Below are positions 21,343 to 34,930 of a DNA stretch of 64,000 nt, in pieces (within the stretch, counting starts at the first letter, position 1; each line of letters starts with the position of its first letter). The notes under the pieces are model-generated. The model searched no databases, was not told the DNA's origin, and saw nothing but the letters and a program-made list of their open reading frames with translations. The position numbers and the translations under genes are program-made. Origin of the DNA: Vairimorpha necatrix (lineage: Eukaryota); NCBI GenBank assembly GCA_036630325.1, contig CP142734.1, positions 930,001 through 994,000 on the forward strand. The letters run 5' to 3'.

Positions 21343-23372
21343 TTATGTTATGGCTTCAAAAATTTTAATATTTATCAATCGGTTTAAAAAATTTAATTGT
21401 ATTCCTTTTATTTCTTTTTGTTTACGTTTCAAAAGGAGGCAACGCTCGTGCTCATTTATTGTACATAATTTCATTTTAGACAATTTTTTAGCTTTCATTT
21501 TGGTTATTTTGAATTTCTTCTTTTTCCTAAATGATAGAACAAAGTATTGTTTTTCTAAATCTAAAATCAATACTTACAAATATTTATCCTAAATATATTT
21601 AAATGCATTTAGACCATAATGTTTAATTTTCTTTTTTTTAGATTTCTGCGTTTTTTCCTTTTAATTTTACAATGAACTCGTTTGCATTTTTTTCTAATTC
21701 ATTTAAGTCGAGATTGAATTTTTTAACAACTGTTTCCTTGTAAATTTTATTTTTTTCGATTAGTCCTTCCCCCTTATATTCATAGATATTTATAAAGCTT
21801 AGATCAGTAAATAAAGCAGTTGTCTTAATGACCATTTCCGTAATTTTTTTATTGTATATTTCTAAAGTATCTTCGTACAAAATTACTATTCTTCGAGTAT
21901 TTCGTACAAATTTATTTTTTTTCAGTGATACTCGTATCGTCTTAGTAGAATTATCTTCTTCAGCAATAATATCACCAATTCCTTTTAATGTTTTACACAA
22001 TTTATCATCATACAAATTATCTTCTTGCATGTATGTTTCTGCTTCGATCATTAAACAAATAATCATTACATAAAGATCAAGGCCACAGTGCCTATTTTCT
22101 ATATCTTCGGTAATTTCATTAATTAATTAGATTCTTGTAGTTTCATTGTCTTCTTTATTTCCAGTCTTAAATCGATAAATACAATATTTTGTGTCCGACT
22201 CATGCAAATGCCAAGCAAAAATCATAATCAAAACAGATCCTGGTTTGTTAAAATTCTTTCGACAAAGAATTTTTGTTATGATTTTTAATAAAACATAAAA
22301 CAGCTCAATTTCTTTTTTATTGTCTATATCAATAAATCTAGAAAATTTTCAATGAAATTCCATGTCATTCTTGCCTATGTAATCTTTATTTTTATCTTTG
22401 GGCATAAAAAACTAAACAAAAAACATAGTTTTATCATATTCTGCCACTAAACTACCTTTTCTGATTCAATAAAAATGATATAATCATGATCAATATTTCT
22501 TAATTTTATATAACTGCTATCGAAATCTACAGCTTGTTCAAAATCATCTATATACATTTAAAGATTTTCTTGTGATAACTTATATATATAGAATATATAA
22601 TTTATTTGGGTATAATATTCGGCTTATTAATTACTTTTCACAAGTTACGCTTACAGTCTCATCTGGCAGTTCCAGGACTTCCTTCTGAGATTCACTCATT
22701 GAGCTCTCGAATACCCCTTCCTGATCTGTATCAAGCCCATGTCTGGCTGACATAGTTAGGCTTTCTAAAGTCATTTTAAGGACTCTTGACTGTATATATG
22801 CTTCCGTTCTAAGTTCTAATCTGAGCACTTTGATATGCGTACGATAAGAATTAGTTACTATTCCATCCCACGTCATCACTTATATATATATATCAAGAAT
22901 TTTCTGCAACATTTTTTCCTCAATACTCTCATCTTCATAAACTTTCAGTCTACTTTGTTATATAGTTCATCGATACAAAAATTAAAGAAATATAGAACAT
23001 CTAATCTGTCGAAAATTAACAAAATAATTTTCTTCTGAGTCTCTAAATCATTTTAATAACATATTGAAGATTGTGATTCTGCAATAGACTCATTTTAAAA
23101 ATTTACTATTTTTGAGATTATTTTTTGTAGTATACCATTTTTATGACAAATATTTTCATAGTAATTTTCTGTATTCTTCTTACGACATTTATTTCATTGA
23201 GGTTAAATGATAAATCTTGATTATTCAAAAAAAACTCTAACAATGTGTGGTAAAATATATATGTGTACTCATGCGGATCATTCGATATTTTTTTATGCTG
23301 TCTTCAATTTTCTTTATAATATCATCATATGATTTATTTTCTTTTATAATTGTGAATTCCTTAATGCATCTT
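21343..23372 (-). pseudogene. Possible fragmented Lys/Glu-rich gene interrupted by a non-LTR insertion
   Basis: Co-oriented ORF fragments (21343-21570, 21638-22066) and coding-like sequence up to a CCC-preceded ATG near 23368; no family recognised. Confidence 0.3.
22591..22877 (-). mobile_element. 5'-truncated non-LTR retrotransposon 3' end (RLE family 1)
   Basis: Encodes MTWDGIVT..EAYIQSRVLKMTLESL; TSD ACTTATATATATA at 22578-22590 and 22878-22890. Confidence 0.88.
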
Positions 23373-25243
23373 AATTTACAGGGGGTCCTCTTATTAAATT
23401 TAATACTATATTTATTACGATAAAAATCTGAATATATATATATCTATGTAATTATTATCTTGTCTTCTGTCACAAAAATGATAATTTTCCGTTTTAATTC
23501 TTTGGAAAAGATCATTTCTCATTATTTCGATTAATTTTTTAGTTTGTGCAAATCCAAACATAACCACAAAAAATGCTTTCAAGCGATTCATAATTGGAAA
23601 AAGCATTAAAATTATTTTTATACTAAACTTTTATAAATATATTGCATCATTTTTATAGATATAACAACAAACAAAATATTTGTATTCTAGATTATAACTA
23701 TTTTTTTTGTTTCTTTGAAATGATCATATATTTGAATTCTCTTTTATAAAACATACTAAACAATTTCAATAGTATTTCATTTATGTTCTTTAATTTTGAA
23801 ATATTTGAATGCAACTATAAAATAAACTAATGTCCGAATTTTTATTTGTAATTTTGAATTTCAATTTTTCCTTGTTCTGAGAAATTTGTAAAGGACAAAT
23901 CTTCTTCATTTTTATAAATCGTCTATTCATTAGTATATTATTCATACCAGTGCTATATTACTGTTTGTCTTATTTGAAAAAAAATGAGGTTTGATTTTTT
24001 TAATAATCTCTAAAAAAACGATCTTTTTTAATTTATCAGGTGACGTATTCATTTTTCTGAATTAAAAAATTAAATTTCCTTGAATAAATTTTTACGATTA
24101 TCTGAATAAATTAAAATAGAACACACAGAACATACAAAATGATATAGAACTAAAGAAGTAAAACAGGTAATAATACTTTTTATAAATATTCTTTGATTTT
24201 AGATGATATTTATATATGATTAATTAAGAAAGAATTTGAGACAGATGTTGTTTATTTTATTTATCTTAAATTAATACTTCTATGTTGTTTGTACTGATTT
24301 TAGTTGCTATTAGTTTTTTTATTGCTACTAATTATAGGATATTATGTATAGTGTCTTTGCTATATTTTTTTGATTTTAAATGTCTTTATTACACGGTATT
24401 TTTAAATACTATCTTGCCAAATGATTGAGTTTTGTTCTTAAATCACAATATAATCATATGATCTAGCACAATTGACAAATTATTATATTATTATTTTATT
24501 AAATATTTTTTACAATCGAGATTTTTATTGTTCTTTCAAATTTTTATTAATTCATATTTTTGTTTAAATTGTGTATATATGAATTCTTTTATAATTATAT
24601 AATAATAACAAAGATAATTTATAAAACAACCATTTTTATTTACTTTTTCTAAGCAAAATTCTAAACTTGTTTTGAGCTATTTGCTAAAATTGTTAAAGCC
24701 TTTTTTGTATTGATTTATACGCATAGTGATGAAAGTTTATTTTTTTTCTTTTTTGACAATAAAATTTTATCATATATTAAACGCTTTCATATCGTTATAA
24801 CATTCTTTATAATTTTAATCCTTTTATTTAAAGGATAAGAATTCAAATTGTATACTAATCTAACAACTACCAAAAATAATCACCTTTTTTTGATTTAGTG
24901 TAAAATTATGTTCTAGTACAATAGTTAACTCATAATCGTCAGAAATTAATATTATAAAATTGTACTATGATTCTAATTAACAGAATTACATAAAAAATTA
25001 TTTTTGTGTTTTTGTAAGTTTTTATATAAGTGTTTTATTTTTTCGACTTTCATAAATTATCTTTGTATTGTTTGCCTTAGTTTATTGTAATATGAAAAAT
25101 GTTGTTAACTAGCCATTTAAAAAGTATTTTCAAAATGACCACTTATGGTCATTCGAAAATGCTTATTATCTATAATTTCCATATATTTAGCTGCCCATTG
25201 TGTATTGTTCTTAGAACTTTCCAAATGCAAAATTTTTATCAGC

Positions 25244-28200
25244 TGTTATATATTTAGATATTTTGACCCCTCATTATGATAAATAAATACATGGGGCCCA
25301 GCCTAATGATGAGTTGACAAGAGTTGACTGTGGACAAGAGTTCAGAAATCGTAGTGAGTTTGAGAGGATAATGCATGAGTTAAGATTAGAGCAAATGGAA
25401 GAAGGATTATGGAAGAGAGAAGTCTACAGAAGAGGAAGTGAAGATTTGAAAAATTTTATTGTTTTGAATGTTCCGATTGAAGGAGGAGTCGAAGAAATAA
25501 GAAAAAAGTTGATTACAGAGAAAGAAAGGAAGAAAATGAAAGTGAGAAAGGAAGAAGAGATAAGGAACATGACATTAATGATTACGGAAACAGTTAAGAA
25601 AGCTATGGAAGCGGAAAGTGCAGAAAGAACTAGATTTAAGAGAAAACTTTTTAGATGTTATGAGTGTGGGCGAACAGGACATATTAGTAGAAATTGCCAA
25701 TATAATAGGTTTAATAAATGGATTCAAGTATTTAGTTTTTAAAAGGTCAGCGATAGATCATGAAGAATGTTTAAGTGAGGATAATTATAAGAAGGGTAAA
25801 AAAGAGCAGGAAGAGAAGAGAAGCAGAAGGATTATAGATGCGAGTGTTGAATATATGGGATTAGATGGATTGAGAAGGAAGTATCATGAGGTATTTTCGG
25901 ACGAAGAGGAGGAAATTAAATATTGTAAGTTGGAAAAATACCGAATTAAAACCGAAGAGGGAAAGGTCGTAAAGAAGAAAGGACAAATGGTTGAACAAGC
26001 GCTTATTGCGGATACAGTAGAACATATTAAGATTTTAGAAAGAAGGAAAATAGTTAGAAGATCAATATCGGAATGGCGGAATCCAGTAAGGGCGCTTAGG
26101 AAGCCAAATGGAAAGATAAGACTGGTAAATAACTTAATGGCTTTAAATGATATAGTTGATAAGGATCCATATGAATTGGCACGAATTAGAGATGTAATGC
26201 GGGGAACGCAGGGATCAAGGTTTTTTACTGTGATGGATATTAAAGACAATTTTTACCACATTGAGATTTGCGAAGAGGATAAGCATAAAATAGCTTTTGA
26301 ATTCAATGGGAGAGTTTACGAGTGGAATAGTATGGTAATGGGGTTTAAGAATTCGCCCCAAATATTACAAAGAACAATGAATACGATTTTTGACGACCTG
26401 TTAGGAGAAGGAGTAGAGGTGTATATGGATGATGTAGTAATTCACGCAAAAACGAAAAGAAAGCACGATGAGCTGGAAAGAAGTTTTAAAACGATTTAAG
26501 AAAAATAATATGAAAATAAATATCAGCAAGATACAATACTGTAAAAAAGAAGTAAAGCTATTAGGGGTGACACTGAATGAAGAGGATTCACAGGCGTGCG
26601 AAATTAAAAAGAATGAGGCTTTAGAATACCCAGCACCAGCAAATGTATCAGAATTAAGAAGATTTTTGGGATTAACTGAATGGTTTAGAAATTTTATTAA
26701 AGATTTGCAAAGTTGACATACCATTTAACAAATGCGCTTAAGGGAAATGGGAATAACTTTAAGTGGATGGAGGAAATGCAAAAAGAGTTTGAAAGTATGA
26801 AAGAATGTTTAAGAAATTTGAAAAGTTTAAAGATAACTGATTATAGTAAAGAATTTTTGCCGAGAACAGATGCGAGCAACGTTGGCATGAGAGCTGTGTT
26901 TTTGCAGAGAAACGGATTGAATGAGTGGGTTCCGGTACAGTTGGCTTCAAAAAAGTTTACGCCAACGGAAAGAAGATACGCTATATCAGAAAAAGAAATG
27001 TACGCAGTATTCTGGGGAATTAAAAAGTTTGAATACGAACTCAGAGGAAGAAAATTTAAGATTGAGACAGACTATAAAGCTTTGAGTGAAATTAGGAATA
27101 AGGCAAATTTTAATAATGATAAGATCAATAGGTGGATAGAGAAGATACAAGAATTTGACTTTACGATAGAATACAGAAAACCGGAGATAATGGTTGTTGC
27201 AGATTCATTGAGCCGCATATATACAAAGAAGATAGTAAGAAGAAACAGATGTAAGAACGTGCAATTAAGCAACAGGAAGGTATGTGGAATAAGCATGTAA
27301 TCGTAGAGAATGGTTTGAATTATTGGAAATTTGATGATAATAAAATGGCGCAAATCCCTGAAGAAAAAGACAGGCTTAAATTGATAGAGAAATATCATGA
27401 ATTGAAAGGACATAGAAGTATGATAAGTGTGTATTACGAGATGAAAAGCAAATATTATTGGCCTTGGATGAAAAAGGATATAGAAGCCGAACTTAGTAAA
27501 TATTAGGTGTGTCAGATTAATAATAGAAAGAAATCCGGGGATGTGATTTTGTAGCAACAAGCCGATATTTAGAAAAGGTAGCATTGGATTTGGTTGAGTA
27601 TAGAGAAGAAAAAAAATACATCGTTGTAGCTATCGACTATTTTACGAGAAGAGTTTGGAGCAGAGTAATTGACGCTAAGGCAGGTAGAAGATTGTTGCAT
27701 TTGTTAAAGAAATGTGTGTCCAGGGGAAGAAGCCCGAAGAAATAATTACGAACAACGGTAAGGAGTTCGTTAACGAAAGGTTTAGACACCTAAGTAAAGT
27801 TCTAAGTATTGAGCACAGGAAAGTAAATACAGAAGCTCATAGGAGCAATAGAAGAGTTGAGAGGGTTATTGGAACGTTGAGGGAGAGTATAGCCAAATCG
27901 AAGGTAAAACATCCGAGGAAAGAGTGATGAAGAGCATAGAGATTTATAATTAAAGTTTCCATAGTGGAATAAAATGTACGCCGGTAGAGGCTGTTCAAGA
28001 TACATCGGGAAAGATAATGATTGAAAACGGAGCTGAAGGAACATACGCGAAGAGATTTGTTGCAAGGAAAAGAGAAAAGTTTTATAGAAATCAGATTGTC
28101 CGTGTTGCGAAAAAAGAAAATTTAGGAGGTCAGACCAAGTATATGAAAGGAAGATTTGTTGATTTGGGAATGATATTAGAAGTATGCCCCAGTGACTTGT

Positions 28201-28352
28201 ATATTGTTAGGCTTGAAAACGGAAGGATAATTAAGAAGAGGCCATATGATTTAAAAGATATAGAGAGGTGGGAGTAAAGTGAGACTAACCGTCTGGAGGG
28301 GGGATGTTATATATTTAGATATTTTGACCCCTCATTACGATAAATAAATACA
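25244..28352 (+). mobile_element. Ty3/Gypsy LTR retrotransposon with 48-bp LTRs (frameshifted)
   Basis: LTRs TG..CA at 25244-25291 and 28305-28352 (1 mismatch); TSD TCAGC; PBS TGGGGCCCAGCC; PPT GGAGGGGGGA; order gag-RT-RNaseH-integrase. Confidence 0.95.
25291..28277 (+). pseudogene. gag-pol remnant: CCHC knuckle, RT (YMDD), RNase H, integrase
   Basis: CYECGRTGHISRNC; MGFKNSPQILQR..VYMDD; TDASNVG, SEKE, ADSLSR; H...GH..C zinc region; NGKEF..VER; several frameshifts and stops; no DTG protease motif seen. Confidence 0.9.
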
Positions 28353-28658
28353 TCAGCTTTATATTCCTCCTAAGCAACTATAAAAGTTTATTAATCGCTT
28401 GTCAATTTTATTCATAGATTTATAGTTGCGATACGCTTCATAGATATTTGCAAAGTTACTATATTGTGTTTTACTGTATTATCGTTTGAAAAAAAAAAAT
28501 TTAATGATTATTTATTGATAAAATTACATATATTTTGTTGCGATAATATTTTCTTCATGCCAAAATAATACTATTTATGTTTCCATTTTTTTGCTATTAT
28601 ATTTTACAATTTTTACAATTGTAGTAACTTATTTTTTCACTCTTTATATTATTTTCTC

Positions 28659-29649
28659 GGCAAAAGAGAACTTAAGGTCTTAATTTTTGAACTAGGGTTT
28701 TTTATTTTTCTTTGTCCTTTTTTAAAAAAAATGAAGGAAAGAATTCGAACCAGATAAGAATTAGAAATCTACTACAATCCACTAAAATGCAAAAACAAAA
28801 TCAGTACTGCAAAATAAATAATGCAAGAATGCGAATAAAACGTAAAAAAGAGTGTTTGCTTATATGTACTTGGCAAGGTTGTAAAAGAGCTATTTCTATT
28901 TGGCATGATACTTTCTTTTGCAAAATTAAACTTCATTACATATCTCGTTATTATTACTGTATCTGTGGATTCAAGAGTATCCCAGTAAGTATATTTGTCA
29001 AATTTTAGGATGTAAAAAATCTAAAACTTTATTATTAGAAAAATTAAACGAAATGGACATCTACAAAAAGTATTTGAATTCTCTGAACATTATGCGGTAA
29101 AAATGTAATAGTAGAAATTGACTAGGCAAAGATTGGTAAAAATAAATACAATAGAAGCAAATTAGTGAAAGGATTACGGTGGTTTGGCATGGTAGAACGG
29201 ACACAAGAACGTAGAATTATAATAGTTCATATTGAAAAAAAGGATAAAAACTCTTTCTGATCTTTTATTAAAATATGTAAGTAGAAATAGCATTATATAT
29301 AGTGTATGTGGAGATCCTACCGTTCTTTGAAAACCATATTTGGACAACACCATATGGTCAATCATTCATTGCATTAAGTTACTCAATTACAAGAGTACAT
29401 ACCAATACCATAGAAGATAATAGCGATTCCCTCAAAGCTTCTATTCCAAATAGAAATAGATCAGTGGAGAGTGCAAAACCTTAATTGTTTAGGTATATGC
29501 TTCAAAGTAATTCTTTATAATTCTGTATTTGTGGCATTATTAAATTTATAATTTTAATTTTTATTACTTCCTCAGCATTTTTTTTAAAAGGGGGGAAAAA
29601 AATAAAAAAACCGTGGTTCAAAAATTAGGACCCAAAGTTCTCTTTAGCC
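28659..29649 (+). mobile_element. Degenerate Merlin transposon related to 36909-37930
   Basis: Imperfect TIRs GGC.AAAGAGAACTT..GGTC.TAATTTTTGAAC; remnants VVEID, GMVERT and VHTNTIE; TSD eroded. Confidence 0.85.
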
Positions 29650-30870
29650 TAATTTCGTTATGTTTTTAAAAAAAGCGACAATATCTTAATCTTAAATATA
29701 CAAAGTCATATTTCGATAATTTTTTATTTCCGATGATTACACAAAATCTACTTCTACTGTAAATTAAGGAATTTTATTTATAATTTTCCCCATCCTTTTA
29801 ATGGATTTAATTTATCAAAACTGTATATTTTGATGTTTCTTTTCAATCCAATAGTAAGTGAATTTGATTACTAAATTTGACTACAATGATTAGGTGGCCA
29901 TTTTTTTTACTTTTTAAACGTAAAACTAAGTATCTAAAAAATGTCAAAATCGGGGTTTAAATTTTTTTTACCATTTATCAAACATTTTTCAAAAACATTT
30001 AACATCTAAAAATACTTAAACATATCATTTTAAAGCATTCGGGATTTCCTTATTGGATCATATATAATTATTAGATATAAATTTTGCGTTTTATTTTTGC
30101 ATAAAAATAGAGTATCTTTTTGTTAAAGATCATAGTCATTCTTTTTTAATTCTTTCTTATAAATAGCTTTCAAGACAAAACAAAAACAAATCAAGTCAAG
30201 TCAATTCCGTTTTTTAAAGGGGAGGCATGCTCCATTGTACTATAAAAAGGTTAGTTATCCTAAAAAGTTTTGCAATTGAGCATTGAATTCATGTAGAAAA
30301 AAATTTAAAAAATTTCTATGAATTTTTTATTTAGGATAAGCATTGTTTAGTTAAATTTTGAATTTAATAAACTTTAGATTCAAATGTTTTTATTATTCTT
30401 GCAAATTATATGAACTATATATATCTCTTATGTTTATAACATTTAGAATCTTATGTTAGTTATTTTTGTCATTTCCTTTTGTCGTAGTATTCATTTTATA
30501 TTTTTAGTATATAATTTAAATATATTAAAAAAAATTTATATTGTTGATATATAGATTTTTTTGAATATATTTCCGTTGTTTATTGATGTGAACATTAGTA
30601 TTTACATCTAACCTTTCAATTTTTTCAAAAAGTTTTTTGTGTCTTATTTCTTATTAACCATAAAGTTCTTCTATAACAAATAACGATGCTACATAAAAAC
30701 AATTATTTAATGCATTAATTTTTTATGTTTGATTAACTATTAATATTTGTCTTCCTTGCAAGATAAACTCAAAGAACATAACATAAAAGGCATATTTTTT
30801 CTTTTTTAAAAAACTATTTATTAAATAATATTTTCGGTTTTTTAGTGCTTAAGAAAAAAATTACCCCTTT

Positions 30871-31776
30871 ATGTTTCAATATTTTTTATTGGTTTTTAGT
30901 ACTAGTCTAGAAAACAGTGAAAATAATTTACTGAGAATAAAAAGGAGTCCGACAAAAGACAAACTTGATAGTCTACATGAAAAAAATAACGAACATTATA
31001 AAACAAAAGCTGAATCTTTTAAGAAAGGATTCTTTCCATATGAAAGAATAACAGATGCAAAAAGTAAAAAATCTATAAAGAAAACGCAAAAGAATAAACT
31101 TCAATTGCTAAAAAATTATGTATTTAATCTACGACAACTTAATTCGATGTTAAATGTAGCAGCAGAAAATATTGATCCATATAGTATTCGTTTACTACGT
31201 TTTGATGAACTTTTGCACGAGTGGGAAAATGAGAAATTGGCAACGAAATTTGATCAAATTGAAATCAAGCTAACCGAAGAACAATACGATGTTTTTAAAA
31301 AAAACTACTACTATTGCATAAACTGGTTATGTAATTATCGACTTATTTTACAAAATTATTTGCCAAAGAGTAAAATAGAAATAGCGCAATCTTCAATGGG
31401 AGAAGACTATAAACAATTAATAATAGCATCTATGAATTCAATAGAACGAGCTATGAGATATTATGAAAAATTAAATCCCAAAAACATAACATACAAATAT
31501 CATCATAAAGAAATGATATTTTATGGTACCTTGCTAAGTGAAAGATTCCCATATTTGTTTAATCATTTCGATTTGGGTGGTAGATTTATAAACATGTATG
31601 AACTGATAATAAAACAGTTCAAAAAAATAGACGAGAATGATGATAACATGATTACAACATTATACATGATGCCAAAAAAAATAACATTCTTAATAAAACA
31701 TGTCGCTACGTATCTAGAGAATACCAGAAAAAAACTAATTTGTTTGAGAACAAAAATTAATAAAGTAATTTATTAA
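30871..31776 (+). CDS. Putative secreted protein, family B copy 1 (301 aa)
   Basis: MFQYFLLVFSTS signal-like N-terminus; CCC motif; paralogous to 40934-41824 (SIERAM.YY.KLN, ER.PYLF.HFDLGG.FI). Confidence 0.82.
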   Translation: MFQYFLLVFSTSLENSENNLLRIKRSPTKDKLDSLHEKNNEHYKTKAESFKKGFFPYERITDAKSKKSIKKTQKNKLQLLKNYVFNLRQLNSMLNVAAENIDPYSIRLLRFDELLHEWENEKLATKFDQIEIKLTEEQYDVFKKNYYYCINWLCNYRLILQNYLPKSKIEIAQSSMGEDYKQLIIASMNSIERAMRYYEKLNPKNITYKYHHKEMIFYGTLLSERFPYLFNHFDLGGRFINMYELIIKQFKKIDENDDNMITTLYMMPKKITFLIKHVATYLENTRKKLICLRTKINKVIY

Positions 31777-33830
31777 TTTTTATAGATAAAATCATGCAAT
31801 AAAATATGAATATTCATTGTATATAAAAAATTTATAATTGTCTTGTAGTTCTTTTCATGTTATTGCAAAGAAACTTGTTTTCTTTAATTACAAAATAAAA
31901 AATCCAATCAAAAAGAATTTTTTACAATTTAATCAAATGAAAAATTTCCAATCACATACTTTATATAGATTCCCCCTTTTAAATAGGGCTATGCTAGGTT
32001 CGCTCACATGTCGTTTATATTCACTATTCTTGTAATCTTAACATATTATTTCTATTTGTTTCATACTTTGACTTATTTTTACAAGATCATGGTTATTGCA
32101 TAAAAGACATCTTTTGAATATCAAATGCTTACTTATAGATAAATTTTAAATATTAAGGTTTCGTAAGTCCGGTAGTATTGATATAATTTATGGTGCAGTT
32201 AGCAAAAATACTATCCTATGACATGATTATTATATATTAGCATATTTGTTATAGATTGTAAATACAAAATTCATTTAAGATATAATTTAAAGAAGAAATA
32301 CTTATTTAATGAACTTATTTAGAAAAAATATTACTATTATTGTGTAAAATCTCAATAGAGGGTTCTATAATTCATTAGGGGGTTCTTGAGTTTTTTGGCC
32401 TTGAATAAAATGAAATTTTTTTACTGAACAACTGTCAATCGAATTATTTTATTTAGAATTATTAATTAATCTATATCATTTTTTGATATTTTTCTACTCC
32501 AAACTGTAAGTGGTTAATTCATACTAATCTTTTTAAAAAATTTACAAAGTAAATTTGTCTTTCGTTGTGTAATTAGTGTTAATATTACGAATAAATAAAA
32601 TTTAAATGTTTTTTTAAAAAAAGAAACTGTCTAGAAATCGCAATATAGACAAAAATTTCTTGCTTTTATAAGCTCTAGATTTTTCTTTCTAATAAAAGTG
32701 TATATTATAATATAATGTTTTCGTCTACTTGATAAATATACTTTTTTTTTGGACGATGATACTACTAACTGATTCGCATTTATAAATATCAAATTTTCAC
32801 AAAAAAATATTTGGTGTTCCATAATGCTGCTACAACACTTGAAATTTTAAAAAATATTTTTCGTGTAAAAAAATAAATTTTACTTAAAACCTCATATATA
32901 GTTCTATATAAAGTTTTGACTTATAAGTAATAGCGATAAAAATAATTTTTATACTGTGAATGAGCTATTGTAATTAAAAATTTGCATATTATATTTTAAT
33001 CAAAGTTCTAAAATATTTTCCATTGGCATTTTAGTTGTATGTGTTCTTTTTTAGCTAGCCACAATTTACGATTTTCTTTGTGTAATCTTTTGACAAAAGG
33101 CCTTCACTGTTTTTATTTGTTCTGACTTTAGGCTCAGATCGTATGAGGGTAAATTTTTTCGAAAAGCATAATCATAGGTTGCAATTATACAAATTAAGTT
33201 GTAATTTATCAAAAAAAATTTGAGTCATTATTTATTTTTTTAAATTGTCTTTAAAAACATTTTGCCCCTATGATTCAACTAAAACTACTTTATACTACAT
33301 CAAAAACATTTTAAAATACACTAGAGGTAATATAATGACTATTAAAAAGGTTATAGCAACAAACTTAGTAAAATATACATTTGTAACAAAAAAAATAATA
33401 TTAACTAAAAAATTATAGTACATTGCTCGGTACAGATACAGTGTATATAGTAACTAAGTTATTAACTTTATATTTAGTTTGGTAAGTTTAAAAATAACAG
33501 AAAACTTATAGACCTACTCTTATTATTTTTTCACTAAAAAATAGTCACATACAGCATAAAAGAATACTATCAGTAAAGGCTTCTTCTGGCTAGAGAGCAC
33601 GAATAACGATTATTGAAGCACAAAAAAAATCAAGCAATAACACAGCACAAAAGAGGTAATGTAGAGCCCCTACAACTAATAAAATGCTAAATCAAAAGTA
33701 ATTTGTTAAATACTAATTCCAAAGAACTATTGGTTTTAGAATTAAATTTGTCGGTAATGTAATAAACGTACGAATTATGGAATAAGAATTAACATAATAT
33801 CTCTTTAAAAATCGACTTAAAACTAAATTT

Positions 33831-34930
33831 TGTACATGACCGTTTGAAAATCGATTTGAAAATTTAAGGACCCCCCACTTCAAAATTTGGCACGATTGAC
33901 AAAACAAATTTTGTTGAAGGAGATGAGCTTTTTAGTGATGATGTTTTTGAACATAGAAATTAATGAAATTTTTATTTTGGAAACATTTAATGATGCTGAG
34001 ACAGCGTGTATCTTTCTGGCACGCAGTTCATTAATAAAAAACAACTTTTTTTTGTACTGTATGCAACTCTGAAAGGCCAATGACATTGATTAGAAGAAAA
34101 AAACTTTTAGACAAATATGTTTGGAATTGTACAAAACCTTATATGGCTTCTAAATCTGTGAGAAAGGATTTTATTTTTGAAAATACCATTTTAAGTTTTT
34201 ATAAAATTATAAGAATGATACATAAGTACATCAAAAAAGTTTCCTTCCTCGATATATTAAATGATCTTGATCTAGACAGAAAACCCGCAAGTATATATGG
34301 TTTGCTCTGCAGATATAGCATAATCGAGGAAGTGACCAATAATAGTCAAAGGTAAGGAGGTCGTGATGTGTTCGACATCTTTAAAGTAGTGGAGATCGAC
34401 GAGAGTTTATTATTCCGTCCAACTAAAATCGTGGTAATCATACCATAGGCCAGTGGTATGTAGGAGGAGTGGAAGGAGGTTCTAAAAAGGCCTTTCTCGT
34501 CCCTGTAGCTAGTAGAAATACTGTTTTTCTTCTCGAGGTAATACAAGATAATTTAATGCCTGGTTTTATTGTGATCACTGATCAATGAAGAGCATATGGT
34601 GCCGCATTAGAAAATCACAGGGATGGAGCAAGGGACTGTGAATCACTCTATCAATTTCGTAAATCCTAACGATGCCGAGACACTTACTCAACAAATTGAA
34701 GGATTTTGGTCTCTATCAAAGAGAGATATTCGGTCTAGACATGGAATAAACCAGGACGACCACTATTAGTAAATTTTACAGTTTCTATGGTCTTATCAAA
34801 TACCAAAAAAGCAATAGAATAATCGACTTTTATATTATTCAAAACAAATTGTTAAGTCTCTTTTTTTATAATTTTTTTTATTTTTTCCTTTTTTAAAGTT
34901 TTCAAAGCGGGTTCCAAACGGTTATGTATC
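33831..34930 (+). mobile_element. Degenerate Merlin transposon
   Basis: TIR (G)GTACATGACCGTTTG..; 8-bp TSD CTAAATTT at 33823-33830 and 34931-34938; remnants VVEIDES, ITDQ*RAY, VNHSINFV and TQQIEGFWS. Confidence 0.9.
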
